A DNA stretch of 64,000 nucleotides from NCBI RefSeq assembly GCF_018977255.1, contig NW_024704769.1, positions 4,526,001 to 4,590,000 on the forward strand, in the 5' to 3' direction. Origin of the DNA: Callorhinchus milii. Lineage: Eukaryota. The notes beneath the pieces are model-generated. The model did no database searches and had not been told where the DNA came from. It saw only the letters and a list, made by a program, of their open reading frames with translations. The translations under genes were made by a program, and so were the position numbers. Positions 34,871 through 48,565 of the stretch are shown here, piece by piece. The first letter of the stretch is position 1. Each line of letters starts with the position of its first letter.

Positions 34871-35379
34871 TGAGTGAGGTTTAACGTCTCCTCCAAAGGA
34901 CGGAGTCTCCCCCCAGTGCTCTCTCTCTCTCTCTCCATCCTGGACTTTGAGCTCAAAGTCCCCGACGTGGTGGGGGGGGGAACGAACCCACAACAATGGC
35001 TGTCGAGGGAGATAGCGAGTGACTGAACCGCTGAGAGCCTCCTGTGAGGATGTGGGGAATGGCAGCCAAGAAACAGAGTCACAACCAGATCAAAGGTTAT
35101 TGTTTAACTCGGCCTTCGTCATGTCAGCCTCAGCTCTGATGTGGTCTCAGGTAGTGACCAGGCCTTGTGTCCCCACCCACCCGGGAACAGACATGTCCTG
35201 GTGTGTGTCCGACAATGCCCAGCGACACTGCCTATTTTGGGTTAGATTCTCAATGATATTTACAATGTTATTCTCTACAGTATTGTTCCCTTTGGCGACT
35301 CTGACTCCCCTGTGTTTCTGAGCTGTCAGCAGGAGGTGTACTGAGTGCGACCATTCCAACAATCTCTCTCTGGATTTCC

Positions 35380-36080
35380 ATTCAGTGGTTAGAGCACTTT
35401 CTCTCAAGCGAGAGGACCTGTTCCAATTCTGACCTGTGCAGGTCAGGTCGAAACCTCAGGCAAGTTTCCCTACTCCGCACACACTCACTCCTCTGTTTAC
35501 CAGCAGTGAGTAGGAATCCGGTTGTTAGTCGATTGGCAGATCGCTTTACGGAAGTAATAATTCATTCAAAAAAGTAATAATTTGGTCACTTCAATCCACG
35601 ACTGTTTGTGGGGACACTGCTGTGGAGGGAGCGAGGACGGGGTAAATGGTCAGGGTGAGGGGAGGGAAGGGAGGTAGCGAGGAGGGGGTAGAGTCGAGAG
35701 CGGAGCTGAAGGCTGAAGGTCAAAGAGAAAGGTCTTGAGACCGGCCTTGAAGGAGGAGAGGGAGGAAGCGGCGAAGGCACTGGGGGATAGAGTTCCAGAG
35801 CCTCGGGGCCGAGAGGCTGAAGGCCCGACCACCGATGGTAGGGCGATTGGGGCGGGGGATGTGGAGCAGACTGGAGCCGGAGGAACGGAGGGTACGGGCA
35901 GGTACGTGGGGGATAGTAGGTCAGAGAGGTAGGAGGGAGCGAGGCCGTGGATGGCCTTATAGGTGAGGATGAGGATCTTGAAATCAAGTCATTACACTTT
36001 ACAATATATTGTGTGAAGCGCTTTGAGACGTCTCGAAGACTTGATAAGGCGCTGTATCAAATCCAAGGATGATTATTATG
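35380..36080 (+). mobile_element. SINE interrupted by an inverted L2 fragment (35624-35987); duplicated at 47670-48370
   Basis: SINE head and core stop at ...gacactgctgtg, the minus-strand L2 3' fragment follows, and the SINE resumes at gtcattacactttaca. Confidence 0.7.
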
Positions 36081-38032
36081 TGAAGGTGGGATGAATGTAA
36101 ATCCCAGTTTAGTTTGGAGACACTTAAGCACAGTGATGGATTTCTGCGTGTGTCACGCAAACAGAGATATTACAATAAACACGATTGAAGCTGGTGTTTC
36201 ACTTCCCGTTTAGATGTGAGTCACTCTCACAAGCTCAGAGTCTGAGTCACAAGACTGAGGTCACAGGCTGAGGGCAAAGGGCAGAGATAGAGACACAAAG
36301 AGAACGGCGTTGGTTAATCATAAACAATAATAATCCTTGTATTTGTTATTGCGCCTTATCACATCGTCGAGACGTCTCAAAGCGCTTCACAAGATACACT
36401 GTAAAGTGTAGTGACTGTGTATTCGGTGAGTGAAACATGGCAGCCAATTGTGCACAGCAGCGTCTCACAGACAGTCGTGGAATGAGTGACCAAATTATTA
36501 TCTTTTTTGAAGGGATTATTACTCGTGGAAAGCGATTATGCAGTCACTACACTTTACAGTGAAGCACTTTGAGATTCTCGAGATGTGATAAGGCGCTGTG
36601 TCAGATGCAAAGATTATTATTGTTGTTATTTGAGTGTCAGAGTGGAGGGGAAATTAGGGTCTATGGACCAGAATTGATTTTGTGGTGGAGAGGGAGGTGT
36701 CGCTTTAAGGGGAAAGCATATGAGAAAAGCGGAAATAGGGACTGATCCANNNNNNNNNNNNNNNNNNNNNNNNNNNNNNNNNNNNNNNNNNNNNNNNNNN
36801 NNNNNNNNNNNNNNNNNNNNNNNNNNNNNNNNNNNNNNNNNNNNNNNNNNNNNNNNNNNNNNNNNNNNNNNNNNNNNNNNNNNNNNNNNNNNNNNNNNNN
36901 NNNNNNNNNNNNNNNNNNNNNNNNNNNNNNNNNNNNNNNNNNNNNNNNNNNNNNNNNNNNNNNNNNNNNNNNNNNNNNGGACAGAGAGAAGTGTGAGAGG
37001 GACAGAGAGAGAGAGAGAGAGAGTGTGAGAGGACAGAGAGAGAGAGTGTGAGAGGGACAGAGAGAGAGAGTGTGAGAGGGACAGAGAGAGAGAGAGTGTG
37101 AGAGGGACAGAGAGAGAGAGTGTGAGAGGACAGAGAGAGTGTGAGAGGGACGGAGAGAGAGAGAGAGTGTGAGAGGGACAGAGAGAGAGTGTGAGAGGGA
37201 CAGAGAGAGAGAGTGAGAGGGACAGAGAGTGAGAGGGACAGAGAGAGAGAGAGGAGAGAGTGACAGAGAGAGAGAGAGGGAAGACAGAGAGAGTGTGAGA
37301 GGGACAGAGAGAGTGTGAGGGAGATAGAGATTGAGACATAGAGTGATAGAGTGAGAGAGATAGAGAGTGAGAGAGGAACAGCAAGTTTCTGTTTAGTGAG
37401 AAAAGCGGAAAGAGGGAAGGACTGAGTGTGAGAGACTGGGGGGCGGTGGGGGTGTGGGGGAGGGGGTGGGGGGAGGGGGAGTGGGTGGGGGAGGGGGGGG
37501 CAGGGGGGGGGTGAGAAATACAGAGAGAGAGGAGTCATAGAGACTGTGAGAGGCAAAAAGTAAGATATTGAGACACGAGATTCATTGCAACAGAGAAGAG
37601 GAACCGAGAGATTTCCTTCATTGTGAAGAGAGAGACAGACAGACAGAGACACACACACACAGAGACAGACAAGACGCGAGAGAGACACTGACAGAGAGAG
37701 AGAGAGAGACACGACAGAGAGAGAGAGAGACACTGNNNNNNNNNNNNNNNNNNNNNNNNNNNNNNNNNNNNNNNNNNNNNNNNNNNNNNNNNNNNNNNNN
37801 NNNNNNNNNNNNNNNNNNNNNNNNNNNNNNNNNNNNNNNNNNNNNNNNNNNNNNNNNNNNNNNNNNNNNNNNNNNNNNNNNNNNNNNNNNNNNNNNNNNN
37901 NNNNNNNNNNNNNNNNNNNNNNNNNNNNNNNNNNNNNNNNNNNNNNNNNNNNNNGGGAACTGAGATTTAGACTCAGACAGACAGACAGACACAGACAGGG
38001 GGGGGGGGGAGGGAGGGGGTGTTGCAGTGAGG

Positions 38033-41000
38033 ATGGGGTCCCTGTTTCGGGGGGAGACCATGTCTTTGGCTCAGTTGTACCTTCAGTCGGGATCCGCTTA
38101 TCATTGGCTGGCTGAACTCGGAGACATCGGGTTGGTCCAGTTCAGAGACGTGAGTATTTACTGACCCCCCTCCCCCCCCTCACCGTGATCACACCCACAC
38201 ACACATACCCACACACCCACATACCCACACCCTACCCACACACACCTACACACACCACATACCCACACACACCCCACACACCACACACACCCACATACCC
38301 AACACCACAACCACATACCCACACACCACCACCACACAACCCACATACCACCCACCACACCCACATCCACACACACCCACATACCCACACACCCCACACA
38401 CACCCACATACCCACACACACCCACATACCCACACACACCCACACACACCACATACCCACACACACCCACACACACCACATACCCCACACACCCCACATA
38501 CACCACATACCCCACATACACCACATACCCACACACACCTACACACCACCCACAGACCCACACACTACCACACCACATAACCCACACACACCCACATACC
38601 CACACACACCCACACCCACACACACATACCCACACACACCTACACACACCCACACTACCCACACACACCCACCCAAACACCCACAGCACACACACATACC
38701 CACACACACCACCACACACCCATACCCACACACACCTACACACACCCACATACCCCACACACACCTACACACACCCACAACCCCACACACACCTACACAC
38801 ACCCACAACACACACATACCACACCACCACACACCCACACACACCCACAAACCCCATCCCACACACACCCACCTACACCACACCCACCTACACACCCCCA
38901 CATACCCACACGCACACCCACNNNNNNNNNNNNNNNNNNNNNNNNNNNNNNNNNNNNNNNNNNNNNNNNNNNNNNNNNNNNNNNNNNNNNNNNNNNNNNN
39001 NNNNNNNNNNNNNNNNNNNNNNNNNNNNNNNNNNNNNNNNNNNNNNNNNNNNNNCACACCTACACACTCACATACCCATCCACACAACCACACACACACC
39101 CACACACATCCACACACCCACACACCCACACCCCAAACACCCACACAACCCCACATACTCACACACACACACCCCCACACACCCATCCACCACACACCGC
39201 CCGCCACCCCACACACAGACACACACACACCTATACACAGGGAAACCTGTCCACCGTGATCAGCCGTGTGTCTGACCCACATACCCACATGTTGTGGTGT
39301 CTAACATTCACTCCAATAACAATAATAATCCTAACTCTGACCCAGCGCCTGACACCATGTGCTTCACAGCAAACACTGTAAGGTGTAGTGACTGTGTCAC
39401 TGTGTGTTTTCAGCTGAACGAGAACGTGAACTTGTTCCAGAGACGCTTTGTGGGGGAAATCCGTCGCTGTGAGGAGCTGGAGAGAACCCTGTGTGAGTGA
39501 CTCTCACACTCATTCACACTCACACTCTCTCACTCTCTCTCCTCTCACATCTCACTTCACACTCTCCTCACTCTTCACACCATCTCATCTCTCACTCTCA
39601 CACTGTCTCTCTCTTACACTCTCTCACTCTCACACTCACTCTCACACTGTCTCTCTCCACTCTCCACTCTCTCACCATTCTCTGTCGCACACTGTTCTCA
39701 CTCTCACACTCTCTCACTCTCACACTGTTTCTCACTCTCTCGCACTCTCACACTCTCGTACTCTCACACTCTCACACTCTCTCTCACTCTCAGACACTCT
39801 CCCACACACCGCTCACAGTCTCACACTCATACACTCACACTCTCATACATTCTCTCACACTCTCTCGGACTCTCACACTCTCACATGCATTCTCATTCTC
39901 TCTCGCACTCTCACTCTCTCTCGCACTCTCACTCTCTCTCTCCTCACTCTCTCACGCTTTCTCTTTTACGCTCTCTCTCACACACATTCTCTCACACTCT
40001 CTCTCATACTCCCTCACACTCTCACATACTCTCACACACTCACACTCTCTCTCACTCTCACTCACACTCCCTCATTCTCTCTCACACTCCCTCACTTTCT
40101 CACAATCTCTCCCTCTCTCTCTCTCCGCAGCGAGCCTGGGCAGGAGGTGCATCGTGCTGGGTTGAGGCCACGGGTGGATGAAGAGGACGATGTGTCGGCT
40201 CCGCTCCCACGGGACCTGTTGAGGATTCAGGAGGGAATCACAGCAGCTTCAGCAGGAATTGGGATCAGGTGACGAAGAGTCGATCGTCGCTGGTGACGAG
40301 GCTCAGTGACCTGCGACAGCACCGAGCAGTTCTCACTGAGACACAACACCTGCTGGTCAGAGAGGTAATCAATAACCAATACCGGATCAGTTTACACTGA
40401 TCAGTGATCAATGAGCTGAGGGTGAGTGTGACCAGTGATTGTGTCACAGATGGCGCTGGAATGCCTCTCACAGGGCCCGACCAGGAGGAGACCAACAGGA
40501 ACCAAACCCCGGCTCAGCTGCCCAGCGAGACTCAGGTCAGTGTCTGTCTGTCTGTGTGTTGTGTGCGCGAGTGTCAGTGTGGGTGTGTGTCAGTGTGTGC
40601 ACGGGTGTGGTTTGTGTACCAGCATGTGGGTATGTGTGTGAGGGTGTGTGTGTGGAGGGGAGGAGGGTGTGTGTGAGGGTGTGTGTGAGTGTTAGTGTGG
40701 GGGGTGTGTCAGTGTATGTGAGTGTCAGTGGTGGGTGTGTGTGGAGGGGAGGAGGGTGTGTGTGTAGGGGGTGGGGTGTGAGGGTGTGTGGGGGGGTGGG
40801 TGACGGTCTCTATGTTACAGTATAATCTCGGGGCTGGTCGGACCCGGTCGGGCTCTGGGTTTGGAGCGTTTGCTGTGGAGAGTTTGTCGTGGACACTTCA
40901 TCATCCAATTAAGCCCCCACCCCCAGGAGCTGCCAGACCCCCACACAGTCAGTACGCCCCCACACACACACACCCACACACACACCCTCACACCCCCCCA

Positions 41001-44000
41001 CCACACACACAAACCCACACGCACACATCACCCACACACACCCCCACACGCACACAATGCCACACACCCCACCCACAACTCCACACACCTCTCACGGTCT
41101 CTCATTCTCTCACACATTCTCACTCTCACACTCAACACTCTCTGTTACACATTCACTTAATCATTCTCACACTCACTCACACTCTCTTACTCACTCTGAC
41201 TTACTGTCACACACTCTCACTCTCTCACACACTCTCACTCTCTCTTACACACTCACACTCTCACGCACTCTCACTGTCTCACACTCACTGACCCTCTCAC
41301 TCACACTCTCTCTCTCTCTCTCACACACTCTCTCACTCACTGCCTCACAGACTCTCTCTCTCTCTCTCTCAGGGCGAGCCCAGCAGTTGGACCGTTTTCC
41401 TCATCTCGTTTTGGGGTGAACAGATTGGGCAGAAAGTCAGGAAGATCTGTGATTGGTCAGAACCCGAGTCTGACCCCAGCCCTAAACCCCCAAACCTAAC
41501 CCTGACCCCCAGCCTCACCCCAACTATCTCTGTGTCACACTATCAGGGATTCCTCCCCCTCAGCTCCTGTTAACCCTGCAGCCAAAGCCTTAACTAACTT
41601 ACTAACTAACCAACTAACTAATGGGGAGAGTGGTCCTAGCTGGACAAGCAGTGGGAAAGCTTGGGCAGACAGCACTCTCTCTCTCTCTCTCTCAATGGGA
41701 AAGCTGGGCTCCCCCCCCAAGCCTTGGCTCTGGCCAACCTGCGTCTAATACTCTCTGGAATTAGGTAAGCAGGGGGCATCCCTCCAGGGGGAGAGAGAGA
41801 GAGCGCACACATTCCAGTCCAACAATCCATCTCTGGGATTTCCGTGTGGGTGGGATTTGAACATAAGAACATAAGAACTAGGAGCAGGAGGAGGCCATTC
41901 GGCCCCTCAAGCCTGCCCCGCCATTCAATAAAATCATGGCTGATCTATTCTAACTCCACCTACCCACCATGTCCCCATATCCCTTAATCCTTTTATCCAA
42001 AAGAAATTTATCAATCTCATCTGGGGAATTCTCAGCTGGGGTTGGAGTCTTTTAAACAACCACCGGGTTAATAATAATAATAATAATAATAGGATTACTG
42101 TGTGTGTCAGACACCCGATGGCAAAACAAAACCTCTCTCACACATACTCTCACGTTCTCTGTCTCACAGTTTTCACTGTCACCTCTTCCCGTACCCTTTG
42201 ACCCCAGATGAGCAAGAGGAAACCCTCCGTGACCTGGAGATACGAACCCATGACCTTCAGATGGTGAGAGCGGGGTGTGCTCACACATTCACTCACACAC
42301 TGTCTCACATACTCTCACTCACACTGTCGCACTCTCACACACTCACACACACTTACTCACACACTGTCTCACACACACACACACTCACTCTCACTCACTC
42401 TCACTCACTCTATCACAGGTGCTGAGCCAAACAGAGGGTTACCTGGCTCAGGTGTTGGAACGCACAGTGAAGGTGATACACACCTGGTCCCTCAGGGTCA
42501 GGAAGATGAAAGCGATTTATTTGGTTCTGAATCAGTGCAACTTCGACGTCACGGCAAGTGTCTGATCGCTGAGGTTTGGTGTCCGGTCTCTCAGCTCCAC
42601 CGACTCCGCCATGCACTGGAGGAGGGCTCGGTAAGAGAGGGAGTGGGTGAGAGCGAGTGAGAGTGAGTGAGAGAGAAAGAGAGCATGTGTGAGAGAGAGA
42701 GCATGTGAGAGAGAGTGTGAAAGAGAGCATGTGAGAGTGAGAGAGAGAGCGAGAGACTGAATGAGAGAGATTGGTTGGGGTGGTGAGTGTGTCACTGTGT
42801 AACTGTGTCACTGTGTGTGTCACTGTCTGTGTGTCACTGTGACTGTGTGTGTGTGTGTCACTGTGTGTGTGTCACTGTATGCATCACTGTGTCACTGTGT
42901 GTTGCGTGTGGTGTCACTTGTGTGTTACTGTGTGTATAACTATGTTATTGTAGGTGTGTCACTGTGTGTGTGTTACTGTATGTATGTTACTGTGTGTGTC
43001 ACTGGGTCTGTGTGCGTGTGTGTGTCACTGATTCTGGTCTCTGCCCCTCACAGCGTCGCAGTGGCTCCTCTGTCCCCTCGTTCTATAACGAGGTGCAGAC
43101 CCTCCACACTCCGCCCACACTCTGTCGCACAAACAAATTCACCGCTGGCTTCCAGGGCATTGTGGACGCGTACGGTGTCGGCAGCTACCAGGAGGTGAAC
43201 CCTGGTGAGTTGTGTGTCAGCCTCATCCTCCTTCCCTTCAGTCTCTCTCTCTGTGTGTCTCATTCTGTTCCTCCATCTCATACTCTCTCTCACACACTTG
43301 TTCTCTGTCAGGGGGCTGTAGCGGGAGCTCTGTGCTGTGTCTTACCCTCTCTCTCTCTCTCCTCCAGCCCCTTACACCATCATCACATTCCCCTTCCTGT
43401 TTGCGGTGATGTTTGGGGATGTGGGACATGGAGCGCTGATGTTTTTCTTTGCTCTGTGGATGGTTCTTGAGGAAAATGATCCCAAGGTCAAATCAGCAGA
43501 AAACGAGGTACGTCTGAGTCCCCGACCCCCCCCACTCCCTGTAGTCTGTTTCTCACACACACACACACACACGCGCGCGCACACACACGAGCAGTGGTGA
43601 CCTGTGACCTGTGACCTCAGATCTGGCAGACCTGTTTTGGGGGTCGGTATCTGCTGCTGCTGATGGGATTGTTTTCGCTTTACACCGGCCTCGTCTACAA
43701 CGACTGTTTCAGTCAATCGCTGGCCATCTTCCCCTCGGCCTGGCATGTCAGCCGCATGTGCAGCCACGTCGACAACCAGTCCTGCTGGTGAGTGTGTGAG
43801 AGAGGGAGAGAGTGTGTGAGAGAGTGTGTGTGAGAGAGAGAGTGTGAGAAAGAGTGAAAACGAGAGTGTGAGAGAGAGAATGAGAGAGAGAGTGTGAGAG
43901 AGAGTGTGAGTGAGTGTGAACATGCAAATCTCTCACTTACTCTCTCCCACCCCACCCAACCCGCCCCCCTTGCAGGTTGCTGGTTGGGAACCAGTTGGAC

Positions 44001-47000
44001 CCTAACATCTCGGGGGTGGTTCAGGGTGTTTACCCGTTTGGTATCGATCCGGTGAGTTTGGTGCCTGGTTACACAGTAAATATATCATAATAATAATCCT
44101 TATCACGTCTCGGCGACGACTCAAGGCGCTTCACAGAACACACTGTGAACAACAACAACACATTACATCTACACGGCGTCTTTCACGTCCCAAGAAGCTG
44201 GACAGTCAGCGATTTGGAAGTGTAGTGACTATGTGTTTTGTGGGCAAAACGCAGCAGCCAATTGCACACAGCGACGTCCCCACAAACAGTCGTGGATTAA
44301 GTGACCAAATTCTTATATTTTTGGAGGGATTGTTACCGCCAGAAAGCGATCCTCTAATCGACTCACAACTGGGTTCCTACTTACTTGGAGTCCTGTAGCT
44401 CAGTGGTTAGAGCACTCGCTTTGCAAGTGAGAGACCTGAGTTCAATTCCAGGCAGAGGGCGAAACCTTGGGCAAGTTTCCTTACTCCACACAGAGCCTAA
44501 TAATAATCCCTCCAAAACCCAAAACAATAATAAATTGGTCATTTTCATTCAATGACTGTTTGTGGGACATTGCTGTGCGCAATTGGCTGCCGCGTTCGCC
44601 CATAAATATACAGTCAATTCACTTTACAGTGTGTTCTGTGAAGCGCTTTGGGACGTCCTCCTGACGTGAAAAGCGCTAATCAAATGCAAGGATTATTATT
44701 ATTACATGGTGTCCTGTAGCTTAGTGGTTAGAGCGAGAGGACCTGGGTTCAATTCTGGGGCGGGTCAGGTCGAAACGTTGGGCAAGTTTCCTTACTTCAC
44801 ACACTGTTTACCAACAGTAAATAAGAACCTGGTTGTTAGTCAATTGATGGATCGCTTTCGGTGGTAATAATCGCTTCAAAATAATAATAATTTTGTCACT
44901 CATTCCACGACTGTTTGTGGGGACGCTGCTGTGCGTAATTGGCTGCTGCGTTTCACCCACAAAATACAGTCACTACACTTTACAGTGTATATGGGAAAGA
45001 TCAGGTAGTTTGCCTCTGCCTAGTAAGAGCAGTGAGTTGCTGTGAATTCATTCTTCCCTTATCTCCAGGTCTGTTCTCCTGGTTGTCTCGTTCACCAGCA
45101 TTTTGTTGCGTTTGCTTTGTGTTTTATTTTACTTTTGTCGTAAATCATTGCTGTTTGGCAGAACCTCCATGACCCCATCACTCCCACCCTCGCCCACCCG
45201 GTTCCACTGGCTCCTCATCCCCCAGAGGATACAGTTCAAAATCCTTGTCCTTGCCTTCCAAGCCCCCACGGTCTGGCTCCTCCCCACCTCTGTGACCTGC
45301 TAACCCCATATCAACCTGCCCGTTCCCTCCGCTCGGGGGGCTCTGGCCTGCTCCGCGTCCCCCATCACTGGAGGTCGGGCCTTCAGCCTTCAGTCACCCT
45401 CCTACCCCCACCCTCCCTGCCCTGCCCTCCACCCCTCAAAATCTCTGACTGTCCAGGGGGAGTGGGGCTAGTTGGGGTAAGAGTGGGGAGTGGGGCTAGT
45501 TGGGGTAAGAGGGGAGTGGGCTAGTTGGGTAAGAGCTGGGAGGGGGCTAGTTGGGGTAAGAGTGGGGGAGTGGGGCTAGTTGGGGTAAGAGCACGGGAGA
45601 GGGACTAGTTGGGGTAAGAGCGGGGGAGAGGGACTAGTTGGGATAAGAGCTGGGGAGGGGGGCTAGTTGGGGGAAGAGCGGGGGAGTGGGGCTAGTTGGG
45701 TAATAGTGGGGGAGGGGCTGGGTAGAACCTGTTTCACATGATGGGCCTCCTGTAAGATTCTGATTCTCAGCGGCTGAGAGGAGTCGGAGTTAATATTATT
45801 ATTAATATTATTGCCAATATATTATCGTTATTGATAATACATTATTAATAGATTTTTATTGTTTTATTATTATTGTTATTATTCGATTATTATTGTGATG
45901 ATGTGATGAAGATGAAGTCTGTTCCTCATTCCCAGATCTGGCATTTGGCCATAAACAAGCTGAGTTTCCTGAATTCCTTTAAGATGAAGATGTCGGTGAT
46001 TCTGGGAGTCGTTCACATGACATTTGGGGTCACTCTTGGCTTCTTCAACTACATGTGAGATCAACCGCAGCTCTCACTCACTCACTCACTCACTCACTCA
46101 CTCACTCACTCACTCACTCACTCACTCACACACACACACACACACACACACTCTCTCACACACTCACTCACTCTCACTTACTCACTCTCACTCACACTCC
46201 CTCACTCACTCTCACACACTCTCTCTCACACACACTGTCACTCACTCTCATCCTCACTCACACACTCATTCTCACTAACTAACTCACTCACTCACACACG
46301 CACACTCACTCAGTCACACGCAATCATTCTCACACACTCACCAACGCACACACGCACACTCACAGACGCACACACACACTCACTCGCTCTCATTCACTCT
46401 CACTCACACACCCAGTCACACTCATTCTCACACACTCACACACTCTCACACACTCACTCACACACACTCTCCCTCACACTCACTCTCTCACAACTCTCTC
46501 ACTCTCACACTTTCTCTCACTCTCTCACACTTTCTCTCTCTCTCTCTCACACTCTCTCACACTCTCATTCTCACCCTCTCACACTCTTTCTGACTCACAC
46601 TCTTTCTCTCACACTCTCGTCCTCTCTCACACTCTCACCCTCTCTCACTCTCTCTCACACTCTCACCCTCTCACACCCTCTCTCACACTCTCACCCTCTC
46701 ACACTCACTCTCTCTCACTCTTACCCTCTCTCACTCACTCTCTCACACACTCCCTCACACACTCTCTCTCACACAGACACAGAAAGCAATTTGCGTTGAT
46801 AGTCTTGGTGTTGTTGCCGGAGCTGGTTTTCCTGACCTCGCTGTTCGGGTACCTGCTGTTCCTGGTTGTGTATAAATGGCTGCGTTACTCGGCCTGGGAT
46901 TCAGATGTTGTCCAAGTCTCCTCGTCAACTTCATCGACATGTTCTTCTTCATGTCTCCCAGCTCTGAGCTGTACCATGGCCAGGTCTGTGTGTGTGTATG

Positions 47001-47407
47001 TGTCTGTGTGTGTGTGTGTGTCTGTCTATGTGTATGCGTNNNNNNNNNNNNNNNNNNNNNNNNNNNNNNNNNNNNNNNNNNNNNNNNNNNNNNNNNNNNN
47101 NNNNNNNNNNNNNNNNNNNNNNNNNNNNNNNNNNNNNNNNNNNNNNNNNNNNNNNNNNNNNNNNNNNNNNNNNNNNNNNNNNNNNNNNNNNNNNNNNNNN
47201 NNNNNNNNNNNNNNNCTCCTTCTCTGTTTTTACGTGTCAGTGTGTGCCTTTGCGTGTCTCACACCCTATGTTGTTGATGTGTTCCAGGCCGTGGTACAGA
47301 AAGTGCTAGTGGTTCTAGCTCTGATCTCTATTCCCGTTTTGCTGCTCGGGAAACCTCTCCTCCTGTACTGCCAGCACCGAGCACGGACACACAGACATCG
47401 CTTCCTG
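38033..47407 (+). pseudogene. TCIRG1: Truncated, frameshifted duplicate of TCIRG1 coding exons 1-15 (probable assembly or haplotype duplicate)
   Basis: Near-identical to 50239-59632, but with single-base indels in exons at about 40140, 40233, 40262, 40462, 40521, 42552 and 46911; ends at the N gap 47445-47474. Confidence 0.6.
41860..42020 (-). mobile_element. CR1 3' end (second copy at 54060-54220)
   Basis: aacataagaacataagaactaggagcaggaggaggccattcggcccctcaagcctg is the reverse complement of the CR1 tail. Confidence 0.8.
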
Positions 47408-48488
47408 GTAAGCACTACACACACACGCAGCCGCAACACACACANNNNNNNNNNNNNNNNNNNNNNNNNNNNNNGGCAGCTTTAGTAACTTGCAAAAAGC
47501 GGTTGCCTACTTCAGCACTCCTTCTTCTATCCCCTGCTGGTTCTAATATTTTACAATGTATTCTCTACAGTATTGTTCCCTTTGCGACTCTGACTTCCCC
47601 TGTGTTTCTGAGCTGTCAGCAGGAGGTGTACTGAGTGCGACCATTCCAACAATCTCTCTCTGGATTCCATTCAGTGGTTAGAGCACTTTCTCTCAAGCGA
47701 GAGGACCTGTTCCAATTCTGACCTGTGCAGGTCAGGTCGAAACCTCAGGCAAGTTTCCCTACTCCGCACACACTCACTCCTCTGTTTACCAGCAGTGAGT
47801 AGGAATCCGGTTGTTAGTCGATTGGCAGATCGCTTTACGGAAGTAATAATTCATTCAAAAAAAGTAATAATTTGGTCACTTCAATCCACGACTGTTTGTG
47901 GGGACACTGCTGTGGAGGGAGCGAGAGGACGGGGTAAATGGTCAGGGTGAGGGGAGGGAAGGGAGGTAGCGAGGAGGGGGTAGAGTCGAGAGCGGAGCTG
48001 AAGGCTGAAGGTCAAAGAGAAAGGTCTTGAGACCGGCCTTGAAGGAGGAGAGGGAGGAAGCGGCGAAGGCACTGGGGATAGAGTTCCAGAGCCTCGGGGC
48101 CGAGAGGCTGAAGGCCCGACCACCGATGGTAGGGCGATTGGGGCGGGGGATGTGGAGCAGACTGGAGCCGGAGGAACGGAGGGTACGGGCAGGTACGTGG
48201 GGGATAGTAGGTCAGAGAGGTAGGAGGGAGCGAGGCCGTGGATGGCCTTATAGGTGAGGATGAGGATCTTGAAATCAAGTCATTACACTTTACAATATAT
48301 TGTGTGAAGCGCTTTGAGACGTCTCGAAGACTTGATAAGGCGCTGTATCAAATCCAAGGATGATTATTATGTGAAGGTGGGATGAATGTAAATCCCAGTT
48401 TAGTTTGGAGACACTTAAGCACAGTGATGGATTTCTGCGTGTGTCACGCAAACAGAGATATTACAATAAACACGATTGAAGCTGGGTG

Positions 48489-48565
48489 TTTCACTTCCCG
48501 TTTAGATGTGAGTCACTCTCACAAGCTCAGAGTCTGAGTCACAAGACTGAGGTCACAGGCTGAGG
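48489..48565 (+). promoter_or_regulatory. Candidate TCIRG1 upstream element: Ets-IRF composite plus two AP-1 sites (copy at 36197-36265)
   Basis: TTTCACTTCC at 48489-48498; TGAGTCA at 48509 and 48535. Confidence 0.4.

Noticed and set aside
34070-35082. Collagen- or extensin-like ORFs
   Set aside because: C-rich minisatellite fused to an L2 fragment; no regular Gly-X-Y pattern or splice support.
35189-35198. p53 response element (AGACATGTCC)
   Set aside because: Only one half-site, with no adjacent second decamer.
36626-39288. His/Thr/Leu/Ser- and Val/Cys-rich ORFs (also 48916-52383 and 61213-63947)
   Set aside because: CA/CT microsatellite-derived sequence and N gaps.
41481-41522. Interstitial telomeric repeat
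   Set aside because: Only one or two degenerate CCCTAA-like units.
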